This document shows positions 45,587 to 54,576 of a DNA stretch of 64,000 nt, piece by piece. A program made the position numbers and the translations under genes. The stretch is taken from assembly GCA_051859245.1 (NCBI GenBank), contig JBHYGA010000004.1, positions 576,001-640,000 on the forward strand, read 5' to 3'. Under the pieces are notes generated by a model. It saw nothing but the letters and a program-made list of their open reading frames with translations. It was not told the origin of the DNA and searched no databases. Position 1 is the first letter of the stretch; every line of letters starts with the position of its first letter. The DNA comes from Gemmatimonadaceae bacterium (GTDB lineage: Bacteria > Gemmatimonadota > Gemmatimonadetes > Gemmatimonadales > Gemmatimonadaceae).

Positions 45587-47331
45587 GTGACGCGCGCGCG
45601 TGCCGCGTCGCGTTGTTGCTGTGGCCGCTCCTGTTGTTGAGCGAACCACTGCCTGCGCAAGTGCGCGCGACGCAGCCCGCATCGGCGCGCGGGATCTCTG
45701 CTGACGATTCAGTACGTGTGTCGGCGATCGTGTCCCGATACGCAACACTTCGCGGTGACGCTAACGAGGCGGCACCAGGCTGTGTGGCCAGCGTGTCGCT
45801 TGACGGAATGCTCAGGCTCACCACCGCCGCGGGTTTTGCCTCACTCGAGCACCGCGTTCCCAACAGCGCGACCACAGCGTTCAACATTGGATCGATCACG
45901 AAACAGTTCACGGCTCTTGCCGTGCTGTTGCTGGAACAACGTGGTGCGCTATCGCTCGATGATCCAGTCAGTCGGTATATACCAGCGCTGCCCGCTGCCG
46001 CCGCTTCGCTTCGTGTTCGCGACCTGCTGTACCACACCAGCGGACTGCGCGATCTCGGCGCACTTGGTATGCTCGCAGGTTCATTCGTGCGCAGCATGCC
46101 CGAGTTTCGCGCGCAGATGCAACGACAGCAGGGCCTGAACTTTCCCGTTGGCAGCAAGCACGAGTACAGCCACAGCGACTACAATCTGCTCTCTGATGTG
46201 ATCGAACGTGCGTCGGGAATGCCGTGGGGAGACTTTCTCGCGCAGGAGATCTTTCGTCCTCTCGGCATGTCTGGCACGTATGTGTATGACGAGCGCCAAC
46301 GATCGATTCCGTCGCTCGCCACGGCATACGAGGCCGACAGCGCCGGCTACCGGATGCGATTTCCGGTGTCGACCATCGTTGGTGGCACCAACATTTATAC
46401 GTCCGCAACGGATCTCGCGCGCTGGCAGAGCAACGCCTACAGTGCGCGCGTGGGTGGTGAGGCGCTTGTCGCGCGGTTGTATGGTGCAGCGCCAGTGCAA
46501 ACTCCCGTTGTGCATCCCTATGCGCACGGGATCTGGCGTGCCATGTATCGCGGGCAGCCGCACTACCATCGCAGCGGCGGCGGTGGTGGATTCAGCACAA
46601 CACTCCAGCACTTTCCCTCGGAACGACTCGACGTTGTTGCGCTCTGCAACTACGCCGGCGCCAACCCATTTGCGCTGGGCCGAGAGATCGCCGACGTGTT
46701 CCTGGCCGCACCTCCTGCAGACGAAGATCCGGTACGCGACTCCATCGCCACGCCGCGCGCTGAGGCGTTGGCTTTCGCCGGACGCTACGCGAGTGAACAG
46801 TTGCCGTGGGATCCCTTCGTATTCGTGGCCCACAATGGTGTGCTGTACGAGAAGTTCGGTACGGATTCCTCGCGACTCATCCGACTTCGCAATGGCAGCT
46901 ACATCGCGGATGGCTTCACCTACACATTCAGTCGAACCGGTAATCCTGCGCGCGCGCGCCTGCATTTCACAGGTGCTGAAGCAAACGAGTTCGCAACGCA
47001 GATTCCCGTGCAGCCGGCGTGGCGTCCCTCAGCGACCGAGCTTCGTGCGCTCGCCGGTCGATGGCTGAGCGACGAACTCGGCGTGTCCTGGCGTACCGAA
47101 CAGCGCGGTGATACGCTGGTGTTACACCGTCCGGGCGCGCCCGCCGTAGTACTGGAGCCGCTGGACCGTGATCAGTTCAGAGCGTCTGTGCTCAATGGAG
47201 CTGGCTACGCCACTTGGATTGGAGTGACGTACTCGCGCGACGAGGCGCGGCGCGTGACCGGGTTTACCGTCGGCAGCGTGCCTGCCGCGTTCGAAGTGGC
47301 ACTGGGCGTGCGATTCGAGCGCATGCCCTGA
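45583..47331 (+). CDS. Beta-lactamase/serine hydrolase family protein with C-terminal beta domains
   Basis: SxxK 'GSITK', 'LLYHTSG', 'YSHSDY', 'IFRPLGM'. Confidence 0.88.
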   Translation: MSDARACRVALLLWPLLLLSEPLPAQVRATQPASARGISADDSVRVSAIVSRYATLRGDANEAAPGCVASVSLDGMLRLTTAAGFASLEHRVPNSATTAFNIGSITKQFTALAVLLLEQRGALSLDDPVSRYIPALPAAAASLRVRDLLYHTSGLRDLGALGMLAGSFVRSMPEFRAQMQRQQGLNFPVGSKHEYSHSDYNLLSDVIERASGMPWGDFLAQEIFRPLGMSGTYVYDERQRSIPSLATAYEADSAGYRMRFPVSTIVGGTNIYTSATDLARWQSNAYSARVGGEALVARLYGAAPVQTPVVHPYAHGIWRAMYRGQPHYHRSGGGGGFSTTLQHFPSERLDVVALCNYAGANPFALGREIADVFLAAPPADEDPVRDSIATPRAEALAFAGRYASEQLPWDPFVFVAHNGVLYEKFGTDSSRLIRLRNGSYIADGFTYTFSRTGNPARARLHFTGAEANEFATQIPVQPAWRPSATELRALAGRWLSDELGVSWRTEQRGDTLVLHRPGAPAVVLEPLDRDQFRASVLNGAGYATWIGVTYSRDEARRVTGFTVGSVPAAFEVALGVRFERMP

Positions 47332-47340
47332 CACTGTAGA

Positions 47341-47370
47341 CCCGCTGCGGCGCAAACTCGCCGCAGTGGG
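47341..47370. terminator. Hairpin between convergent genes
   Basis: CCCGCTGCGGCG-CAAACT-CGCCGCAGTGGG. Confidence 0.55.
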
Positions 47371-47383
47371 CTTCCGTCGTTCC

Positions 47384-47584
47384 TCAGTTGAGGACGAACG
47401 TGACCTTCATCGCCACGCGATATGACGTGATTTTGCCGTCGGCGCAATCCACCTTCATTTCCGAAACCCACGCACCCTTCACGTTGCGCAGCGTTTCGTT
47501 GGCGCGAGCAATACCGGTCTGAATGGCGTCTTCAAAAGACGTGTCGGACGAGGCGATGATTTCGGTGACTTTGGCGACGGACAT
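47384..47584 (-). CDS. Dodecin (flavin-binding)
   Basis: 66 aa 'MSVAKVTEIIASS..SFEDAI..GI.RA..TLRNVKGAW...YRV.MKVTFVL'; GGAG RBS. Confidence 0.9.
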   Translation of the reverse strand: MSVAKVTEIIASSDTSFEDAIQTGIARANETLRNVKGAWVSEMKVDCADGKITSYRVAMKVTFVLN

Positions 47585-47689
47585 GGTATGCATCTCCAGC
47601 GAGAGTGAGAAACAACGGAATCTCAAAGCATACCGTTTCACTGGAGGGTGGCAAGCGGCAACACGATGCGCTATGTGATGTGTGGCACA

Positions 47690-48802
47690 CTACGGCGAAT
47701 TCCGCGTCGGCGATTCCGTCTGCCACGGCTCAATCGCATCGGCGATTCTTCCTGTTGCGAGCAACTCACGTAGCTCATCGCCCAATCGCGTCGATGCGTC
47801 GAGCGTGACCTGCCATCGGCGCATCCGTTCCGCGTTGTCATGAGCAAAGAAATCGCGACGATCCGGAATTTTTGCGCCGGGAAGGGCGGCAACAAATGAT
47901 GCACTTGGCGCTATCAGCAATGCACGATCAAAGTTTGCGGGGCGTGCGCGCCGCCACGGCAACTGTTTGTCGAACCATCCTGGAATCACGTGCGGATAGA
48001 AGTGCGGATAGAGTACAAGCCCATCACTTACACCGAAGTTGATATCGAGGTGATAATCGAGCACGCCGCCGTCCCAATACGTTCCGTCTGGTGCGTCCGG
48101 CACGCGAACCCCGTCAACGAGCAGGGGGATCGAACCCGATGCAAGCAACGCCGCACGTAATGAGCGCTCTGTGAGCGCGATGAACTCTGTAGGCAAGTCG
48201 CGCAAGTTGGCAAAGGGCGATTGAGCGCCAGCATTATGAAAAACGCAGCGCTGAAACTGCCACGCGAGCGAACGACGCGCCACACTGTTCGCCGTGGCGG
48301 CAAGCGCAATCGAAGCGGTGAGCATGGATCGCGATGTGCGCCGCGCCAGCCCTTTTCCACGCGCCGTAATGATGTGAATGCGAAACGTAGGATGACTGAG
48401 AATCTCTTCAGCGCCATGCTGACCCAACAGCTGATCGAGCGCGCGCGTGAGCACTGTGGTTACTTCGCTCGTAGACGGCTTCGGCGTGTATTGCTGCTCG
48501 TAGATGTAGGCGTGATGGCCGCGATTGAGTGCGGCTACCGGATCCGTTTGGGCCAGGCACGCCATCCGCCAACTACCAATCGACGATCCGATCAGATGCA
48601 ACGGCGTTGTTCGTGCCGATTGAAAGAACTCGCCGAACAGGAACGCGTCGAGCCCGCCAATGGCCAGCCACTTTGCACCGCCGGAGGCTGCAGGCAGCAC
48701 GTCTACGTCGTCAGCGCGCAAACCGCGCTCGCGAATACGCGCGAGCGCCGTGGGGCCGGCACGCAGTACCAGACCGCTACTCTTGATGTGAAGCGCGGGC
48801 AC
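47690..48802 (-). CDS. Patatin-like phospholipase family protein
   Basis: 'ASGGAKW', 'GSSIG', 'ASGSIP', 'DGG'. Confidence 0.82.
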   Translation of the reverse strand: MPALHIKSSGLVLRAGPTALARIRERGLRADDVDVLPAASGGAKWLAIGGLDAFLFGEFFQSARTTPLHLIGSSIGSWRMACLAQTDPVAALNRGHHAYIYEQQYTPKPSTSEVTTVLTRALDQLLGQHGAEEILSHPTFRIHIITARGKGLARRTSRSMLTASIALAATANSVARRSLAWQFQRCVFHNAGAQSPFANLRDLPTEFIALTERSLRAALLASGSIPLLVDGVRVPDAPDGTYWDGGVLDYHLDINFGVSDGLVLYPHFYPHVIPGWFDKQLPWRRARPANFDRALLIAPSASFVAALPGAKIPDRRDFFAHDNAERMRRWQVTLDASTRLGDELRELLATGRIADAIEPWQTESPTRNSP

Positions 48803-48812
48803 GGTGCAACAA

Positions 48813-49367
48813 TCAGTCGAGAAGGGAACGCGCCATGACACGATCCGTCTGGAGATCTGTGCCCACGAGGAACGGATGTGATCCCACATCCACAAACCCA
48901 TGACGCTGGTAGAATCGAATGGCCCGCGGGTTGTGCTCCCACACGCCGAGCCAGAGTGTCTCGCCTCCAACCGTGCGCGCGTGTGTCATGGCGTGCCGCA
49001 TCATGAGATCCGCAACCCCGGTCCCGTGCCATGGCCCGTCAACGTAGAACCGCTCGATCTCTACGGGATTCGGGCCATGGACTGTGGGTTCGACCGACGG
49101 CGCCCGCAGCAACGCGTACGCCGCGAGTTGATTGGTTGCCTCAGGCGTTGTGACTTCACCCAACAAAAATGCGCGCGTAGGCTCCGTCAGTTGCCGCGCC
49201 TGAATCTCCTCCGAGAAGGTGAGACTCAGGTAGAGCGCAAAATCATCGGGATTGTTTTGCGCCGCAAAGGTTTCGATGGCGAGTCGACGGGCAAACGCAG
49301 AAACGCGCGCTGCATCAGCGACCGTTCCGCGCCGAACAACCAGCGGTGGAGTGGATTTCTGGACCAT
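48813..49367 (-). CDS. GNAT acetyltransferase (PaiA/spermidine acetyltransferase-like)
   Basis: 'EIERFYV', 'LWLGVWEHNPRAIRFY', 'QTDRVM'. Confidence 0.85.
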   Translation of the reverse strand: MVQKSTPPLVVRRGTVADAARVSAFARRLAIETFAAQNNPDDFALYLSLTFSEEIQARQLTEPTRAFLLGEVTTPEATNQLAAYALLRAPSVEPTVHGPNPVEIERFYVDGPWHGTGVADLMMRHAMTHARTVGGETLWLGVWEHNPRAIRFYQRHGFVDVGSHPFLVGTDLQTDRVMARSLLD

Positions 49368-49395
49368 GCATGAATACTAGCCATCGAGAACGCGT

Positions 49396-49875
49396 TCAGG
49401 GCGCAAACGAACTGCCCAGCGCCCGCAGCGAGGCGTCAACTTTCGCACGAGATACACGGGACGCCGCACGATCTCCATCGTTGATCGACGGACGCACATA
49501 CTCCGTTATTCTAATCACACCGGCAGCGTCAATAGATACGATGCTCTGTGCGAAGCCGTGGGCACCTTCTTTCCCCTGCTCCACGGTAAAGATCAGTACC
49601 CAGGGCGAGCCCTGCTCCCACTGTTTTGCAACGGCGTACAGATCATTGCGCTGTTGCGAAATCGCAAGCGGCAGTGACACGCGCTTTCCCGCTCTCACAC
49701 CTTCGGCTCGACCAAGCACAGTGACGTCATCGTGTTCGGTATGATATTTGACATCGAGTTCAAATGACGCCACTCCGCCTGCGGTGGTTATCGGCCGCAC
49801 GGTGATCTGTGGTGGCCCCGCGAGTGTGAGCGCGGAGAACAGTGCGGTGATGCCCGCCAGATGTACGATGCGCAT
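49396..49875 (-). CDS. Hypothetical exported protein
   Basis: GGAG RBS, signal peptide; last gene of the ECF operon. Confidence 0.6.
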   Translation of the reverse strand: MRIVHLAGITALFSALTLAGPPQITVRPITTAGGVASFELDVKYHTEHDDVTVLGRAEGVRAGKRVSLPLAISQQRNDLYAVAKQWEQGSPWVLIFTVEQGKEGAHGFAQSIVSIDAAGVIRITEYVRPSINDGDRAASRVSRAKVDASLRALGSSFAP

Positions 49876-49954
49876 GGGACGCTCCGGAAAGTGTGTGATG
49901 CGGACTGGGAAACTCCTGTTCGCAGCACTTGGACTCCGGTGCAGTGCAACGCGT

Positions 49955-50860
49955 TTACCGAGTGCGCACCGTGATTCTACCTTTGAATGATCGCGCCATC
50001 ACCTGACCATGTTTGGCGTGTCCGATCAGCTTCTCGCCGAGCACCGGGCCAGCACGCGATGATAGGTCAAGCACCGGAATCTGTTGCGCGTCGAGCGTGA
50101 GCGAAATCGCACCCGAGTGGGATTGCAGCTCCAGCATCGCACCAACGAGCGAGCCGCCCACGAGGTCGATCGTGCCGCCGATCGTTTCGACTCGCCCGTC
50201 GGCGGCCACGCGCGTGAGACTAACCGGCCCACTTACGGTTGCCACTGACAGCGTGCCTTGCACGTCGTGGAGTGCGACGCGCCCGCGGCTTCCGCGCACA
50301 CGCACATCACCGCGTGCCGCGCTGATCGTGACCGGCGCATCAATCGATTCGACGGACGTGACACCACTCACGCCTTCCACGACAATCGCGCCGCGCACCG
50401 CGTAGAGCTCGAGTTCACCGGTCACCCCTTTCACATGCATGTCGCCGTCGATCATCTTGAGCCAGAGACGTGCGCCTGCGGGCACGGTGACGTCCCAGTC
50501 GGCGGTTGGCAGAATCGTGTCACCGCGAACTCTGGTTTCGATACCGAACTTGATGTGGGTGCGCGAGCCACCCCCGAACATCTCGGCGTTCGCGCTGAGT
50601 GTTCCGCGCACGTGCACCGAATCGCGGGCCCACGTGCTCACACGGACGCGACCAGCGGGCACGTACAGGCGCATGGTCACGTCGGAGGTGGTCGCGAAAC
50701 CGCGTGCTGTCTGCTGCATGCTCGCCGCCGGCAACTGGGCGCTGACTGTCTGAGCGCTGGTCAGGACAACCACGCCGGTGCCCAGCGCGGCAATACGCAG
50801 ACGGCGTATCACAGCGCGACAGAAACCTGCAGCGCGCGCACAACGTTCGACGCTGTTCAC
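49955..50860 (-). CDS. DUF4097 / adhesin-like beta-helix repeat protein
   Basis: Repeats such as 'V.G.L.V.TVSG.V.L'; signal peptide. Confidence 0.75.
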   Translation of the reverse strand: MNSVERCARAAGFCRAVIRRLRIAALGTGVVVLTSAQTVSAQLPAASMQQTARGFATTSDVTMRLYVPAGRVRVSTWARDSVHVRGTLSANAEMFGGGSRTHIKFGIETRVRGDTILPTADWDVTVPAGARLWLKMIDGDMHVKGVTGELELYAVRGAIVVEGVSGVTSVESIDAPVTISAARGDVRVRGSRGRVALHDVQGTLSVATVSGPVSLTRVAADGRVETIGGTIDLVGGSLVGAMLELQSHSGAISLTLDAQQIPVLDLSSRAGPVLGEKLIGHAKHGQVMARSFKGRITVRTR

Positions 50861-51522
50861 GATGTGGCCTCACGAACACGTCGTGTGAGTTCGTCACGAC
50901 GTGCGCGAACCGACGCAAGAAATGCTCGAAGCTCGCGATCATTCGGCGTTTGCGTGAGCGCCGCTTCCAGCTCCTGTGCCGCATTATCGAGCACTTCAAA
51001 CTCAGCCTGTGCTTGCGCGATGGCCACGCGTGCAGCGGTGTAGACGAACCCGATATCGTGATCCAGGATGGGCGCGGTGATGGCCGATGTATCAACAGTG
51101 CGTGTGTTCGCGTCAGACGGAGTCGTTGCCGCAACCACTGGTACGTTCGGCTCTTCACGATTGCTCACCAGCACGACCGTCAGTGCCGCCGCGACCGCGA
51201 GCATGGCAATCGCAGCCCGGCGGAAGGAAGGTGCGCGCTGAACGGGCACTCGCGTTGTGGGATCGGGTTTCGCGTCTCGCACGATGCTGAGCACCGGCGC
51301 AGACGCGATGGACTGCATCACCACGTCGCGCAGGCCGACTGGAAGCGGTGGGGCGAATGCAACAATGCCTCTGGTCGCGTGGTCGAGCAGTTCTTCGCAT
51401 CGCGCGCACTCACTTGCGTGCCGCTCAACGCGCTGCGCGTGGTGTTCGGACTGTCTGTGCGCGAGATAGTCGGCGAGCGTGCGATCAAAGTCGTCGCAGC
51501 TGAACGTGGCATGTTCGGTCAT
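50857..51522 (-). CDS. Zinc-finger (ZAS) transmembrane anti-sigma factor
   Basis: 'HASECARC' HxxxCxxC motif; TM helix; follows ECF sigma. Confidence 0.8.
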   Translation of the reverse strand: MTEHATFSCDDFDRTLADYLAHRQSEHHAQRVERHASECARCEELLDHATRGIVAFAPPLPVGLRDVVMQSIASAPVLSIVRDAKPDPTTRVPVQRAPSFRRAAIAMLAVAAALTVVLVSNREEPNVPVVAATTPSDANTRTVDTSAITAPILDHDIGFVYTAARVAIAQAQAEFEVLDNAAQELEAALTQTPNDRELRAFLASVRARRDELTRRVREATS

Positions 51523-51534
51523 GATCTGAATCCG

Positions 51535-52065
51535 TTAGCGGTCGAGCATGGCGCGCAACAAGCGTCGTGCGCGAAACAAATGGGCCTTCGACGTTCCCTC
51601 GGCAATGCCGAGTTGCGCGCTGATTTCGGCGTGCCCGTAACCTCCGATGTCGTACAGCACAAAAACGGCGCGTGCTCCGTCGGGAAGCCGGGCAATTGCC
51701 TGTTCAAGATCAATTCCAAGGGCGATGTCGTGCGCGTCGCGCTTGCTGTCGCTTGTGGCGACCGTCTCGGGATACTCATTGCGCAGATCCGCCTCAATTG
51801 ACACGCGCAGTGATCGACGCCGGTCGCGCCGACTCGTGGTGAGCATCTCGTTGATCGCAATGCGGTGCAACCACGTCGCAAAGGAACTGTCACCACGAAA
51901 GCCTTTGAGCCCGCGCCAGGCGCGAACGAAGGTGTCTTGCACCAGCTCCTGGGCAGCCTGTCGATCCGTGAGCATGCCAACGCACACCGCGAACAGTCGG
52001 GGGGCGTGCGCGTCATAGAGTGCCGCAAACGCCTCCGCGTCGCCGGATTGCGCGGCGAGCAGCAC
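51535..52065 (-). CDS. ECF sigma-70 factor
   Basis: 'AQELVQDTFVRAW', 'FRGDSSFATWLHRIAIN', 'GYGHAEIS..LGIAEGTSKAHLFRAR'. Confidence 0.92.
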   Translation of the reverse strand: MLLAAQSGDAEAFAALYDAHAPRLFAVCVGMLTDRQAAQELVQDTFVRAWRGLKGFRGDSSFATWLHRIAINEMLTTSRRDRRRSLRVSIEADLRNEYPETVATSDSKRDAHDIALGIDLEQAIARLPDGARAVFVLYDIGGYGHAEISAQLGIAEGTSKAHLFRARRLLRAMLDR

Positions 52066-52114
52066 CGAGTCAGGTGACAGAGCGGAGGCGGAGGTCAGCG
52101 GAGTTGGGAGTCAG

Positions 52115-52142
52115 AGACGCGGGACGTACGCACCTGAGATGC
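52115..52142 (-). promoter_or_regulatory. Candidate autoregulatory ECF promoter
   Basis: Minus strand GCATCT-N17-CGTCT, about 50 nt before the sigma start. Confidence 0.45.
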
Positions 52143-52317
52143 CGGCCAGCGAAGATTCGTTTAGCGGCAGTACGGCATGATGTGCGCCAGACGGTGCCTG
52201 CCACGCCGAGCCTTGCCGATCGGGTTGGTGTTCTCCATGGTATGGCACGCAGTGAATGCCTGCGCAATCGTCGACGACTCGCCGTTTCACTCTCTCTGCC
52301 AACACGCGGAGCATACC

Positions 52318-52482
52318 GTGCCGAAGAAAACACGAACCAGCGTGCCCGACTTTTCCCGACAGAAACCAAACGCGCTGAAAGCGGGTGCCCCCGCGCCGAA
52401 GTCGGCCGCTGGCACCAAGGCACCGGCACCGCGCGTCAAACCGCAGGCTACATCGGCCAAGTCTGGACGCCGCGGCTCGTGA
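52318..52482 (+). CDS. Small basic Lys/Ala/Pro-rich protein (54 aa)
   Basis: GGAG 6 nt before GTG; MPKKTRTSVPDFSRQKPNALKAGAPAPKSAAGTKAPAPRVKPQATSAKSGRRGS; GTGA overlap with sulfatase. Confidence 0.55.
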   Translation: MPKKTRTSVPDFSRQKPNALKAGAPAPKSAAGTKAPAPRVKPQATSAKSGRRGS

Positions 52483-53852
52483 AGTCTGTCGTGCAGAAAT
52501 CCCCGCGGTTCGGAGCGTGGCGGCTGGCGGCGTTACTGGCCGCGGTCACGATTGCCCCGGAACTCGGCGGGCAATCGGCGTTGGCGAGCCGTCCGAATGT
52601 GGTGCTGATTATTACCGATGATATGGGGTGGGCGGACCTCGGGAGCTACGGCGCGCCTGACGTGCGAACACCGCACATCGACCAGCTGGCGCGCGACGGT
52701 GTGCGGTTCACCGACTTCTATGCGAACGCGGTGCTGTGCACACCCACGCGTGCCGGACTGATGACCGGTCGATACCAGCAGCGCTACGGAGTGGAAGCCG
52801 CGCTTCCGAGCGAAGGGGCAACCGGCGGTGATGGCGGTCTGACGGCCTCGGGTTACTCACTTCCCCAGCTGCTCAAGCGCAATGGCTACGCGACCGGTCT
52901 CGTGGGGAAGTGGCACCTGGGCTACAAAGCGCACCACAGCCCGGGCGCGCATGGCTTTGACTATTTCTTCGGACTGAAGAGCGGATATCACGACTATTAC
53001 ACGCACACCGGTCGTGATGGGAAGCCGGATCTGTGGGAGAACGATCAGCAGGTCACGCGCACTGGATATTCCACCGATCTGATTACTGAGCAGTCAGTTC
53101 GATTTATTCAGCAACACGCCTCGCGGTCGTTCTTCATCGACGTCGCGTACAACGCACCGCACTGGCCGTTTCAACCGCCCGATCAGCCATCGGTATCGCG
53201 CGATAGCGCGCGGTTTTTAACGCCTGCCGACTCGGCGACCAGTACACGCGCCGACTACGTCGCGATGGTTGAGCGTGTTGATCGCGGCGTGGGTGTCCTG
53301 ATGCGCACGCTCGACTCACTCGGCATCGCCGACAATACAATTGTCATTTTCACCAATGACAACGGCGGTGAATGGCTGTCCAATGGCGGACCGCTCTTCA
53401 ATCGCAAGTGGACGGTGTGGGAAGGCGGGATTCGCGTGCCAACCATTATGCGATGGAGGGGACGCATTCCGGCGGGACGCGTGTCGAGTCAGGTTGGAAT
53501 GACCATGGATCTGACCGCGTCGATCTTGCAGGCGACGGGCACCGACATTCCGGCCGCCGCGCGTCTTGAAGGAATGAATCTGTTCCCGATCGCTGAAGGC
53601 AAATCGTCGGAGGTTGAGCGTACGCTCTTCTGGCGAACGTCGGTTGGTCAGCGCACGCAGAAAGCGGTGCGACGCGGCGACTGGAAACTGGTGGTTGATG
53701 GCACGCACGTGTTTTTGTTCAACGTGCGTGAAGATCTTGGCGAACGTAGCGATCTGGCACAACGCGAACCGGCAATCGCTCGTTCGCTTCGACAACTCAT
53801 CGCCCAGTGGGAGCGCGATGTCGATCGTGAAGCAAACCTCGGTTCGCGTTGA
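52479..53852 (+). CDS. Arylsulfatase (Cys-type, family S1)
   Basis: 'RPNVVLIITDDMG', 'CTPTR' CxPxR, 'GKWHLG', 'NDNG', 'WEGGIRVP'. Confidence 0.92.
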   Translation: MKSVVQKSPRFGAWRLAALLAAVTIAPELGGQSALASRPNVVLIITDDMGWADLGSYGAPDVRTPHIDQLARDGVRFTDFYANAVLCTPTRAGLMTGRYQQRYGVEAALPSEGATGGDGGLTASGYSLPQLLKRNGYATGLVGKWHLGYKAHHSPGAHGFDYFFGLKSGYHDYYTHTGRDGKPDLWENDQQVTRTGYSTDLITEQSVRFIQQHASRSFFIDVAYNAPHWPFQPPDQPSVSRDSARFLTPADSATSTRADYVAMVERVDRGVGVLMRTLDSLGIADNTIVIFTNDNGGEWLSNGGPLFNRKWTVWEGGIRVPTIMRWRGRIPAGRVSSQVGMTMDLTASILQATGTDIPAAARLEGMNLFPIAEGKSSEVERTLFWRTSVGQRTQKAVRRGDWKLVVDGTHVFLFNVREDLGERSDLAQREPAIARSLRQLIAQWERDVDREANLGSR

Positions 53853-53865
53853 GCCAGTGGTGCGA

Positions 53866-54459
53866 TTATTTCACGATCCAGTCGACCGACAACTGCGTGG
53901 TGTCCCACGCCATACGCAGCTCGCCGCGCTGCGCACCAGGCGCCGTTGATGGAATCAACCAGACGGAAAAGCTCTCAACCGGTGACGCGAGCGTAGTGTG
54001 GCGAAGCGGAATGCGCGCAAAGTCTTTGGCGGCGCTGTAGGCGGAAAGCATGACCTGTGCAGCGCCGGTCGTTTCCGACTGCAGAATCAGCGTCCATCCC
54101 GACGCGGCCGGCAATGCCTGCATGATGTAGCGGCCTTTGGGCACGACGGTTTCGTTGATCGACAAATCAACGTCGGTGGTAAGCAGTGTGGCAGCGTTTG
54201 CGCCGAGTCGCCACACGGTACCCATTGGCACAAGGCTATCGGTGTTGATGCGACGGCCCCGCAGATGCGGCTGTCCGTAGTCCACGCGGATAACGGCGGG
54301 CGCGCCGGCGGCTCGCTGCGCCGCGGTATCCGTCAGTGTGAGCGACACTTCGGCGATTGCGCGAGTGCTTGGCGCAGCGCGACGCGCGCCTGCCTGCGCG
54401 TGAGCAGAGGACGCGGCGATCAGCGTCGCGATGGCGAGCGTAGGAAACGTGAGACGCAT
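53866..54459 (-). CDS. DUF2911 family exported protein
   Basis: 'VDYGQP..RGR', 'LVP.G.VWRLGAN.AT', 'L.MAWD'. Confidence 0.85.
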   Translation of the reverse strand: MRLTFPTLAIATLIAASSAHAQAGARRAAPSTRAIAEVSLTLTDTAAQRAAGAPAVIRVDYGQPHLRGRRINTDSLVPMGTVWRLGANAATLLTTDVDLSINETVVPKGRYIMQALPAASGWTLILQSETTGAAQVMLSAYSAAKDFARIPLRHTTLASPVESFSVWLIPSTAPGAQRGELRMAWDTTQLSVDWIVK

Positions 54460-54576
54460 ATTTCGGTAAGGAAAAGAGAAGACGTGTGAGCGCCACCCTG
54501 GTGGCGTCATTTAACATGACCTTTTCGTACGCACTTCGACAGCCCGCAAGCACCCATTCCCGCAACCCATCGATTG

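Noticed and set aside
47585..47690. FMN riboswitch upstream of dodecin
   Set aside because: Too short and lacks the conserved RFN motifs
52020..52478. Long N-terminal extension of the sulfatase
   Set aside because: Overlaps the ECF gene, its promoter and the small basic ORF; the signal peptide begins near 52479
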